Below are positions 9,670 to 18,358 of a DNA stretch of 27,777 nt, in pieces. The stretch lies in contig RQSC01000030.1 in NCBI GenBank assembly GCA_013416795.1, positions 252,038 through 279,814 of the forward strand, read 5' to 3'. Made by a program: the position numbers and the translations under genes. The notes beneath the pieces were generated by a model. The model had not been told where the DNA came from and searched no databases. It saw nothing but the letters and a program-made list of their open reading frames with translations. Source of the stretch: Prasinococcaceae sp. CCMP 1430. Lineage: Eukaryota; Plantae; Prasinodermophyta. The number at the start of each line of letters is the position of its first letter. The first letter of the stretch is position 1.

Positions 9670-11183
9670 TCACGCACGCGTGTAGTAGGTGACGCCCTCA
9701 AACCGCCCGCCTTCTCGCAGCGCGAGCTCGACCTCTCGCACGAGCGCTCCGGCGCCGTCGATGTAATAGTACTCCGTGACGGTGCCGGCCTTCTCGCCCT
9801 CGAACGCCAGCTTGACCTCGGCGGCCGCGCCGGCGGCGGCGTCTGCGCGTGGCACCACGCGGGCGCGACCTGAGCAGGCGCCCGGCCGCAGGTCGCGCCG
9901 GCTCTGCTTGGCCGCGGCGCCAGACGTCGGGTAGCGCTCGTCCAGCGAGATGATGAGCGCGCGCGTGCTCACGCGCAGCGTGTCAGCCGACTGCGCTATC
10001 TCCAGCGTGTTCAGCAGACCGTACGCCTGCCTGAAGGCGAAGCTCATATCCATCAGGTCGAGCAGGCCCTTGTCGTCGCTCGAGCGCGCGCTGTCGCGCT
10101 GCCAAGTGCCGCTCAGGCGGAGCGACTCCCAGCTCACGGCCGGGGGCGCGGGCTCGGCGGGCTGCGCAGCGGGCGTCGGCTCACGAATCTCATCCGCCGC
10201 CACCACAGGCGCCTCGCGCGCGCCGTCGCCGGCGCTGCCGCCACTGGCGCCGCCACCGCGCGCCTTGCTGCGGGTTCTGCCGCCGACCCTCTCCCCCCAC
10301 GTTGCTCGGGCGCCCCTCTGCCCGCGCACGGAGCGCGCGGCCTCCGCGGCGTCAACCATGTCCACGTCGTCACGCGGCGGCGCGATGGTCACCTCCTCCG
10401 CGCCCACGCCGGCCGCCGCGCCAGGGCGCGGCGTCCTCCCCGCGCCCTCCGCGCCCCTTCCCGCCTCGTCGGCGCCAGCGTTTTCCCCGACGCGCACGAT
10501 TGCGATGTTGGAGCGCAGCGGCGGGAACTGAAACACTGCGAAGCGGTCGTCCATGTACAGCACGGGGAAGCGCGACAGCGCCGGGAAGAACGCTGCGCGG
10601 CCCGTCTGATCGACGAAGCGCTCAGCGAGCGCGAGCGGCCCGACGCCCGTGGGCAGCTGCGGCGCCCACTCGCGCACGGTGTCGGAGGGGGTGGCGTCCA
10701 CCCAGAACTTGTCGAACAGCACGCGGCACTCCTTGTCGCCGCGCGGCTCGAACGTGCCCGCGGCCGACAGCCACACCGGGCGCGGCATGAGTGGCAGGCT
10801 CAGGCGCACGTTGCTCGAGATCTCGTTGCCGCGCACGCGGTAGCGGATGGGGTCTATTCGCACGCCGACGGGCACGGACAGCCTGCTGATGTGCGGCGCC
10901 CACACCACGTCCCACGTGCCCTGCGCAATGGACAGCATGCCCCCGTCGCCACCATCATCGCCCGCGGCCACGCGCACGCCGGGCGCGTTCTCCGCCGCTG
11001 CGAGCAGCTTTTCGACCGCTGCGCGCACCACGGGGTCGTCGAGGCCGTCGGGCTTGCGCGAGCGCACGAGCGCCACTACTTCGTCGGCCTCGGCCAGTCG
11101 CGGCGCCGCCACGTCGACGAGGACGCTCGTGTTCACAGCCGCCGCGCGCGCGCGCCGCGCGCGCCGGCGCGCGCACTGCGCCG
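9670..11183 (-). CDS. Plastid fibrillin/PAP-like domain fused to a C-terminal FABP/lipocalin-like domain; 5' end in gap
   Basis: N domain: helical start, then GTWDVVWAPH..., WLSAAGTF, VLFDKFWVD, FPVLYMDDRFAVF (fibrillin-like). Ala/Gly/Pro linker. C domain LSGTWQRD...LLDLMDMSFAFR...LEIAQSADTLRVST...GVTYYTRA. The frame stays open from the GTG at 11136 up to the gap through an Arg/Ala-rich, transit-peptide-like stretch. Confidence 0.6.
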
Positions 11184-11501
11184 NNNNNNNNNNNNNNNNN
11201 NNNNNNNNNNNNNNNNNNNNNNNNNNNNNNNNNNNNNNNNNNNNNNNNNNNNNNNNNNNNNNNNNNNNNNNNNNNNNNNNNNNNNNNNNNNNNNNNNNNN
11301 NNNNNNNNNNNNNNNNNNNNNNNNNNNNNNNNNNNNNNNNNNNNNNNNNNNNNNNNNNNNNNNNNNNNNNNNNNNNNNNNNNNNNNNNNNNNNNNNNNNN
11401 NNNNNNNNNNNNNNNNNNNNNNNNNNNNNNNNNNNNNNNNNNNNNNNNNNNNNNNNNNNNNNNNNNNNNNNNNNNNNNNNNNNNNNNNNNNNNNNNNNNN
11501 N
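11184..11501. other. Assembly gap (N)
   Basis: 318 N; hides the start of the fibrillin-like gene. Confidence 1.
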
Positions 11502-11582
11502 GGGGGGGCGTCGCGCGCGAAATCGCGCGGCCGCGGGTTCGCGCCGCCCGCTCCCGCGTGTGCGCGTATCCCCCGCGGGCGG

Positions 11583-11780
11583 GCGGGAAAAAAAAAAAAA
11601 TTGCCTCGCGATGCGTGCGTTTTTACCCGTTTGTGTACACGTACAAACAAACGAACGAACGAAGGAAGCGGCCTCCGAGGGCGGTCATCGCGTTCGTTTA
11701 GGTTTTGCTGTTTGGGGTTGAGACGGAATTGCAATGAAGGGTTTAGAGGTTGCGCCAAAACGCGTGCTGGGGTTATTGAG
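11583..11780. promoter_or_regulatory. AT-rich island with E2F-like GCGGGAAA, A13 tract and telo-box-like motifs
   Basis: GCGGGAAA 11583-11590, A run 11588-11600, TTTAGG 11697-11702, AGGGTTTAG 11738-11746; lies upstream of the fibrillin-like gene. Confidence 0.45.
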
Positions 11781-11799
11781 ACGCTGCGTGCCCGTGTGT

Positions 11800-12649
11800 A
11801 CACCGCGGGTGCGCGCGCTTGCGTCGCGAGGCGCCTGCCCGCGGGCACGACCCACGCACGCGCCAGCCGCGAGACGCGCAGGAGCGCGGGAGGGGCATCG
11901 GGAGCGTGCGAGCCGCTGCTCGACGTCGACGCCTGCCGCGCGGACGGCAGCGACGCGGAGGACAGCGATGGCGGGGTGAGCGGTGTGCGAGCTGTCCCTG
12001 AGAAGTACCATCGATGGTACGACGTCGTCGCCACGCTGCGTTTGTCGCCACCACGCTCGTTTCCGACGCGCTGGCGAAATGCTCCCGTCGGCGAGGACCT
12101 CGTGCCGTTCAGGCAGTGCAAGCCTGCACTTCGTCCCCCGAGGCGGCGCGCCGGTTGGCAGCTGCCGCTGTTGCTCACACAGACAGAGCGCCGCGCGGCC
12201 GATGCTGCTCGGTTCACAGTCGGCGAACTGTGGTGACCGGAGCTGTCATCCGCGGCCGCGCGCAGCGCGCGCATCGCTGCAGACAGCACCTCAAGCCCGC
12301 TGCCCATTGTGCCGGTGCCTCGCTGCGGACCGACACTGCGCTCGCAGCACGCAAACAGCCAGTCGCGCTTGCGCCGCGCGCCGCTCTGCCTGCGGCGCTT
12401 GCGCCCCGGCGTCGGCACGGGCGACGTCGGGCCGCCGGCGACGGACGCGTCGTCGTCCGTCGTGCGCTGCTCGCTCTGCTGCTGCCCCTGCTGGTGGCCG
12501 TGCTGGTCTCGCCGCTGCCCCTGCTCCTTCCCATGCTGCTGCGACGCCTCCCTGTCGGCGCCCCTCCCGCGCTTCCGCGACGCCACGGCCGCGCCGTCCG
12601 CGGCCTCCGCCGCAGCCTCGCGCGGCCTCCGCCGCACCGACACCGGCAT
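11800..12649 (-). CDS. Hypothetical low-complexity basic/Gln-rich protein; 3' end unresolved (coordinate approximate)
   Basis: ATG in GCCATG context at 12649. QQHGKEQGQRRDQHGHQQGQQQSEQ and NLS-like RKRGR and RKRRR. No in-frame stop before the gap, so the 3' structure cannot be fixed. Confidence 0.35.
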
Positions 12650-12757
12650 GGCCCCGCGCGATGCGCTTGCGCCCAGCGCCGCCCCCCCCTCGGCGCCGCA
12701 CGCGCACGCGCGCGCGCTTCAGCGGCGCTGCCGGGCCGTGCAGGCGGGCGTGCCAGT

Positions 12758-12901
12758 CACGTCCCCCCCACTCACACGTGCGTCACGTCACGTGACCGCT
12801 GAGTGCGCCTTTCCCCCTTCGAACACGTCATGACCAGATTCGCTTCGAGGCGGCGTTTCGCCTCCCCCTCCGGCTCTGCGCCGCTCCCCTGTCTCCACGT
12901 C
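12758..12901. promoter_or_regulatory. Cluster of six CACGT(G/C) G-box / G-C hybrid elements in a divergent promoter
   Basis: CACGTC 12758, CACGTG 12775, CACGTC 12784, CACGTG 12789 (within palindrome GTCACGTGAC 12787-12796), CACGTC 12824, CACGTC 12896. Confidence 0.55.
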
Positions 12902-13497
12902 ACCCTTAGATTCGCTCTGCCGCTGGCGCCGTGCGCGCCACACGACCGCAATCTTTTCGCGCGTCGCCAGACCTCCTCGGCCCCTCGCGCGCGCGCAAGC
13001 GCACTTTCCGTGTGGCGCCCCGCCGCGCCGCGCGTGCGCCCCGACGGCGAAACCCCGCCCAAATCCGTCCCGCGAAAGAGGTCGCGCGGGGTGGCGCGAC
13101 GCCGGAAAACGCGGGGGGCGAAACGCGCATACGAGCGGAAAAGCGCGCCCGGAAGCGCCTCCCCCCGAGGCGAAGCGGGCCGGCCGCCCGGAGCGTGCGC
13201 GGCGCGCGCGCGCGCGCTTTCGTAAAAGTTGCGGTTTTGTTGTAACCCTAACACGGCAGCGCGTGCCGGGGCGGACGAAGGTGTGATTTCATGGCCAGTG
13301 GCGCGGAGAGCATCTGGTTGTAAACCCTCTTGTTCGTGTGTGTGTGTGGGGGGGATCTCTGCTGCGATGAAGCGGCGCGCGCGCGCGCGCGAGTGACCGC
13401 GCGCGCGCGGAGTACGCGCGCGCGCGCCAGCGGTGCCACAACGCGCACGGCACGCACAGCACACCCCACCCGCCCCGCAACTCTCACCTCGCGCACC

Positions 13498-14172
13498 ATG
13501 GCCACCGCCACGATGATGTCCGCCGCCCGCATGCCCGCCGTGGCGCGCGCGCCCAAGGCCAAGGTGGCCGCCGCGTCCGCCGTCGGACCGAAGCCCGTCG
13601 ACACGGCAAAGTCCGGCGCCGACTTCGTGGCGCAGCTCCCGGGCGCGATCCCGCCCTTCGACGAGCCCTTCCTCGACCCGCTCAAGTTCTCCGAGGGCAT
13701 GTCCTCCAAGGACCTGCTTCGCTTCCGCGAGGCTGAGCTCACCCACGGCCGGGTCGCGATGCTCGCGAGCGTCGGCTTTCTCGTCGGCGAGCAGGTGGAG
13801 GGCTCCTCGTTCCTGTTCGACAAGTACATCTCTGGCCCGGCGATCGGCCACTTCCAGCAGGTGGAGGAGGTCGCGCCCGCGTTCTGGGAGACCATCGCGC
13901 TCAGCGTGGCCGTCGCCGAGACGCTGCGCGTCCAGCGCGGCTGGGCTGACCCGTACGAGGGCGACGAGGCGTGGTGGGCGCTGAAGGACGGCTACTACCC
14001 GGGCGACCTGAAGTTCGACCCCCTCGGCCTCGAGCCGCTGACGCAGGAGGACTTCGAGGACATGCAGCTCAAGGAGCTCAGCAACGGCCGCCTGGCCATG
14101 ATCGCCATCTCCGGCATGGTTGCGCAGGAGCTCGTTGATGGCAAGACCCTCGTGGGCCACTTCGCCTCGTAG
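13498..14172 (+). CDS. LHCSR: Stress-related light-harvesting protein LHCSR/LI818/LHCX
   Basis: 224 aa from ATG 13498 (ACCATGG). Green-type transit peptide MATATMMSAARMPAVARAPKAK. LHC helices FREAELTHGRVAMLA and KELSNGRLAMIA. LHCSR/LHCX signatures GEQVEGSSFLFD..ISGPAI.HFQQ and YYPGDLKFDPLGL. Confidence 0.92.
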   Translation: MATATMMSAARMPAVARAPKAKVAAASAVGPKPVDTAKSGADFVAQLPGAIPPFDEPFLDPLKFSEGMSSKDLLRFREAELTHGRVAMLASVGFLVGEQVEGSSFLFDKYISGPAIGHFQQVEEVAPAFWETIALSVAVAETLRVQRGWADPYEGDEAWWALKDGYYPGDLKFDPLGLEPLTQEDFEDMQLKELSNGRLAMIAISGMVAQELVDGKTLVGHFAS

Positions 14173-14327
14173 ACGTGCCGCAAACCCACCAAGGAGGGCC
14201 ACAGTCAGCAGAGAGAGTGGGGCGCGCTCCGCGACACATTACAGCGCGGCGCCCGCAACACTATGAGGTCTTGAGAGAAGCCCACGCTCACGCGTAGTTA
14301 CACGTGCGTCGAGGCGCATGGTCTCGT

Positions 14328-14344
14328 TGTAAATAGAAATGTAA
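14328..14344 (+). terminator. Two TGTAA poly(A) signals for LHCSR
   Basis: TGTAA at 14328-14332 and 14340-14344 in an AT-rich patch ~160 nt after the stop. Confidence 0.55.
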
Positions 14345-14371
14345 GACAAACACAGAAAGTCCGGTCGGCAC

Positions 14372-17300
14372 TTACATCAGCACGCACGTCCTCGTCTTGT
14401 TGCGCGGCTTGCGGCTGCGAGGCGTCGCTTCTCCGCGAGGCCGGCCGCCAGCTGTCAAGGCGGCTTCGCCGCCGCCGCCCTCGCCGTGGTCGCCGTCACC
14501 CAAGTCTAGCACATGCCGCGACGGCGCCCGCTCGAGGCGCAGGCAGGCAGGCGTCGTTGAGATTGACACGGGCGGGCCCGTTTCTCTGGGCGACGACGCT
14601 GCCCAGCGCGCCGGCGTGGTGCTGCCTGCATCTGCGCTCGCTCGCGCGAGCATGCCAAGGTCCACACCACCGTCGAAGAGGGGGTTGAGCATACCCAGAC
14701 GCAACGATGCGCGCCGTGTGCCACCTGCGTCGCCGCCGCCGCCAGCGCTGCCCAGGTTGTCTGCGCATCTGCCAGCGCTCTCGACGCGCTCCACTGTGAC
14801 GGCTTCAACCTGCGCCGGCACAGCACATCTCGCCGGCGGCAGCGGCGTGTCCACACGTGACATGCCGTCCATCCCGAGGTCACTTAGCTCGGCCACCTCC
14901 GCACCTGCTCCGAAGACTGGCGCTTCCGCAGTGACGCTCTCGGGCCGAACACCATCGATGGCGACAGGCACCTGGGCGCGACGTGGATCCTCACAGCCGC
15001 CCCCGCCACCGCGTACGAGAGCGTCGAGGCTCACAGATGCGCGCAGATTCTCACAAGTGTGCTCGTGCACGTCGGTTTGCGCACAGAATTCGCCATACAC
15101 GCTAACACGTTCGGTGCCAAGAGTCGCGTCGTCCGTCAGTGGATGCGTCAAGAGCGTGGCGCCCCTCTGCGCGATGACATGCTGTGGGGCCGGTACTATC
15201 GCAGGCTCGCATGTAGCCGTGTCGTGCACTGACGCAACCGCAGGCCTGGCGTCGCCGCGTGCGCCCGTGCCGAGCCCATGACCTGGACGCCACACGGTCT
15301 GTCGCCACGCATCTCTGTCGCCGAGCCACCTCGACCGTCGCGCGAGCAGTACGCCGCCGAGCGCGAGCATGACGAGGAAAGCGCCCGTGACACCAGCCGC
15401 AGCCGAGACAGAAGTTGCACCTCGCCCTTCGTGATCCGCGCCGTCAGGCGCCAGGTGAGCGGGCGGTGCTTGCACGCCGGCGCTGCCGCTCTCGCCATGA
15501 TCAGAGGCCCTCCACGTGAATACCCCAGGGCTAGCGGTGCCAGCCGCGACGATGACAGCGGCGCTTGAGTTGCTCCGCAGAGTGTCAACGCGCGCGAACG
15601 CGGGCGCGGGTGGCGGCAGTGGCGGCGGAGACGGCGGTTGGATCGGCGGCGGTCTTGGCGGCGGACTTGGTGGTGGGCTCGGTGGTGGGCTCAGTGGTGG
15701 GCTCGGTGGTGGGCTCGGCGGCAGGATTTGGGGACGGCTCGGCGGCGGAGTCGGGGGATGGCTCGGCGGCGGAGAGGTCGGCGGGCTCGGCGGGCTCGGC
15801 GGCATGGTCGGCGGCGTGGTCGGCGGCGTGGTCGGCGGCGTGGTCGGCGGTGGGCTCGGAAGAGGGCTTGGCTGAGGACTGGGCGGGGGACTGGGCGACG
15901 CGCTGGGTGACAGGCTCGGCGCTGGGCTCGGCGATGGGGTAGGCGGCTGGCTTGGCGGTGCGCTGGGACGAGGGCTCGGAGGAGGGCTCGATGGGACACT
16001 AGGTGGAGGATTGGGTGGTGGGCCCATCGGCGGGCCTTGCGGCGGACTGGGTGGAGGGCTCGGCGATGGGCTCGGCCGTGGTTTCGGCTGCGGCGAGGGT
16101 GGTGGGTGCGGCGGTGGACTGGGCGGTGGGCTTGGAGGTGGGCTTGGGGGTGGCCTCGGTGGGGGACTGGGTGAAGGAAGGGGAGGCGGGCCCGGTGGCG
16201 GGCTCGGCCGCGTGCTGGGAGGAGGGCGCGGTAACGGGCTTTGCACCGGGCTGGGTGGCGGGGTCTGTGGCGGAGACGGTAGCGGAGACGGCGGCGGGAT
16301 GGGCGGCAGGCTTGGGGGTGGGCTCGGCGGCAGGCTCGGCGGTGGGCTGGGTGGCGGGCTGGGTGGCAGGCCCGGTGCCAGATTCGGCCGCGGGCTCGGC
16401 GAAGGCCTCGGCGGCGCAGAAGGCGGTGGGCTGGGCGGTGGGCCGGGCGGTGCGCTGGGCGGTGCGCTGGGCGGTGCGCTGGGCGGTGGGCTGGGCGGTG
16501 GGTTCGGCGGTGGGTTCGGTGGCAGGCTTGGCGCCGGAGACGGCGGTGAGTTTGGCGGTGGGCTTGGTGGTGGGCTGGGCGATGGATTGGGGGGAGGGCG
16601 CGGAGAAGGGCTTGGAGGCGGGCCTGGCGGAGGCCTCGGCGGCGGGCTCGGCGGCGGGCTCGGCGGCGGGCTCGGCGGCGGGCTCGGCGGTGGGCTCGGC
16701 NNNNNNNNNNNNNNNNNNNNNNNNNNNNNNNNNNNNNNNNNNNNNNNNNNNNNNNNNNNNNNNNNNNNNNNNNNNNNNNNNNNNNNNNNNNNNNNNNNNN
16801 NNNNNNNNNNNNNNNNNNNNNNNNNNNNNNNNNNNNNNNNNNNNNNNNNNNNNNNNNNNNNNNNNNNNNNNNNNNNNNNNNNNNNNAGGCTTGGAGGTGG
16901 GCTCGGCGGTGGGCTCGGTGGTGCGCTCGGCGGAGGGCGTGGCGGTGGAGACGGCGGCGGGCTCGGCGGTGGGCTCGGTGGTGGGCTCGGCGGTGGGCTC
17001 GGCGGCGGAGACGGCGGCAGGCTTGGAGGTGGGCTCGGCGGTGGGCTCGGTGGTGCGCTCGGCGGAGGGCGTGGCGGTGGAGACGGCGGCGGGCTCGGCG
17101 GTGGGCTCGGCGGTGGGCCAGGCGGAGGAGACGGCGGCAGGCTCGGTGGAGGCCTCGGTGGTGCGCTCGGCGGCGGGCTCGGCGGCGGGCTCGGTGGCGG
17201 GCTCGGCGGCGGGCTCGGTGGCGGGCTCGGTGGTGGGCTTGGCGGCGGAGACGGCGGTAGGCTTGGAGGTGGGCTCGGCGGTGGGCTCGGCGGTGGGCGG

Positions 17301-18025
17301 GGCGGAGGGCTTGGAGGCGGGCCTGGCGGTGGGCTCGGCGGCGGGCTCGGCGGTGGGCGTGGCGGCGGAGACGGCGGAGGCCTCGGCGGTGGCCTCGGCG
17401 GTGGGTTGGGCGGCGGAGACGGCGGCGGGCTCGGCGGTGGGCTAGGAGGTTGGCTAGGCGGAGGGCTAGGCGGCGGATTGGGAGGAGGACGCGGTGGAGG
17501 GCTTGGAGGAGGGCGTGGCGGAGGGCTTGGAGGTGGGCCTGGCGGTGGGCTGGGCGGTGGGCTGGGAGGAAGGCTCGGCGGCGAAGACGGAGGTGGGCTG
17601 GGCGGTGGGCTTGGCGGAGGACCTGGCGGCTGGCTTGGCGGTGGAGACGGTGGTGGGCTGGGTGGCAGGCCCGGTGGCGGAGATGGTGGTTGGCTCGGTG
17701 GGGGATTCGGTGGCGGCAATGGCGGTAGGCTGGGCGGTGGGCTCGGTGGCGAGCTCGGCGGTGGTCCCGGCGGCGGTGGCCCCGTACCGTCAGCTGCATT
17801 GCACGCCTCTCCACACTGCGCAAGACACGGAAGCAGGCCGATTGGCATGAGTAGCGCCTGCTCGTAGCACTGGGTGATGCACGCTGCTTGACATGCGTCG
17901 TCGCCGCTCGCGGTGGAGAGCGCGCTCAGCACCGACAGCGCCCCTGCGGCGAGCGCGGCAGGCGCGCGCGCCCACGGCGCCGCTCTGTGGCGCCGCTGAC
18001 GCGAGCGTGACAGCAGCTGCCGCAT
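14372..18025 (-). CDS. Extensin/pherophorin-like (PPSP)n hydroxyproline-rich single-pass membrane glycoprotein
   Basis: True ATG; hydrophobic signal ALAAGALSVLSALSTASG; six-Cys head; several hundred residues of PPSP repeats spanning a gap; TM GVTGAFLVMLALGGVLLA followed by RRSR; ~300-aa cytoplasmic tail. Confidence 0.75.
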   Translation of the reverse strand: MRQLLSRSRQRRHRAAPWARAPAALAAGALSVLSALSTASGDDACQAACITQCYEQALLMPIGLLPCLAQCGEACNAADGTGPPPPGPPPSSPPSPPPSLPPLPPPNPPPSQPPSPPPGLPPSPPPSPPPSQPPGPPPSPPPSPPPSSPPSLPPSPPPSPPPGPPPSPPPRPPPSPPPRPPPNPPPSPPPSQPPSPPPSPPPSPPPNPPPRPPPRPPPSPPPRPPPSPPPSPPPGPPPSPPPRPPPSPPPSPPPSLPPSPPPSPPPSPPPSPPPSPPPSPPPSPPPSAPPRPPPSLPPSPPPGPPPSPPPSPPPSPPPRPPPSAPPSPPPSPPPSLPPSPPPSPPPSPPPSPPPSPPPSPPPRPPPSAPPSPPPSPPPSXXXXXXXXXXXXXXXXXXXXXXXXXXXXXXXXXXXXXXXXXXXXXXXXXXXXXXXXXXXXXXXPSPPPSPPPSPPPSPPPSPPPRPPPGPPPSPSPRPPPNPSPSPPPSPPPNSPPSPAPSLPPNPPPNPPPSPPPSAPPSAPPSAPPGPPPSPPPSAPPRPSPSPRPNLAPGLPPSPPPSPPPSLPPSPPPSLPPIPPPSPLPSPPQTPPPSPVQSPLPRPPPSTRPSPPPGPPPLPSPSPPPRPPPSPPPSPPPSPPPHPPPSPQPKPRPSPSPSPPPSPPQGPPMGPPPNPPPSVPSSPPPSPRPSAPPSQPPTPSPSPAPSLSPSASPSPPPSPQPSPLPSPPPTTPPTTPPTTPPTMPPSPPSPPTSPPPSHPPTPPPSRPQILPPSPPPSPPLSPPPSPPPSPPPRPPPIQPPSPPPLPPPAPAFARVDTLRSNSSAAVIVAAGTASPGVFTWRASDHGESGSAGVQAPPAHLAPDGADHEGRGATSVSAAAGVTGAFLVMLALGGVLLARRSRWLGDRDAWRQTVWRPGHGLGTGARGDARPAVASVHDTATCEPAIVPAPQHVIAQRGATLLTHPLTDDATLGTERVSVYGEFCAQTDVHEHTCENLRASVSLDALVRGGGGGCEDPRRAQVPVAIDGVRPESVTAEAPVFGAGAEVAELSDLGMDGMSRVDTPLPPARCAVPAQVEAVTVERVESAGRCADNLGSAGGGGDAGGTRRASLRLGMLNPLFDGGVDLGMLARASADAGSTTPARWAASSPRETGPPVSISTTPACLRLERAPSRHVLDLGDGDHGEGGGGEAALTAGGRPRGEATPRSRKPRNKTRTCVLM
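15625..17785 (-). repeat. Degenerate 12-bp coding tandem repeat (GGCGGYGGGCTC on +; Pro-Pro-Ser-Pro on -)
   Basis: Directly visible over ~2.1 kb, interrupted by the gap at 16701-16886; includes a 92-bp exact duplication (16887-16978 = 17019-17110). Confidence 0.95.
16701..16886. other. Assembly gap (N) inside the Pro repeat
   Basis: 186 N; true repeat length unknown. Confidence 1.
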
Positions 18026-18358
18026 GGTAGAGGGTCGAAGGCGCGGCGACGGCGTGCTTTTGTTGCTGTCTGCCGCTCAGACGGCCCCCTTGCTGTTGTT
18101 GCTGTTGTTGCTTCTCCGTCCCCTCAGACTTCTGCTCTGCCGGGACGAAGCTTGCAGGCGTGCGCGCGCACGCGCGGAGGCAGAGATTAACCCACGCGCG
18201 GCCGTCCGAGGCTCTTGCGTCTCCTCGGAGCAGCTGCGAGGAGTGCAGACCCCCCTCGCCGCGCACAGCGCGCACGCGCGCGCGCACACGAGTGTGGCTC
18301 GGCCCCGCTGCGCCAGAGCTCGCGCCCGCTCTTTCCAACGCCCGCCCGCCTGCCTGGC

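Noticed and set aside
12772-14202. 476-aa minus-strand ORF over LHCSR
   Set aside because: Antisense shadow of a high-GC3 gene; no recognisable domain.
15625-17785. Regularly spaced repeats as a CRISPR-like array
   Set aside because: There are no unique spacers; the repeats are a coding 12-bp tandem in a eukaryotic gene; no cas genes are present.
15516-17867. Gly-rich and Ala/Val/Gly/Ser-rich plus-strand ORFs (15516..15875, 16003..17445, 16011..17867) and the Arg/His-rich minus ORF 15691..17823
   Set aside because: These are antisense or alternate-frame shadows of the PPSP repeat. Only the Pro frame carries a signal peptide, Cys head, TM and ATG-to-stop continuity.
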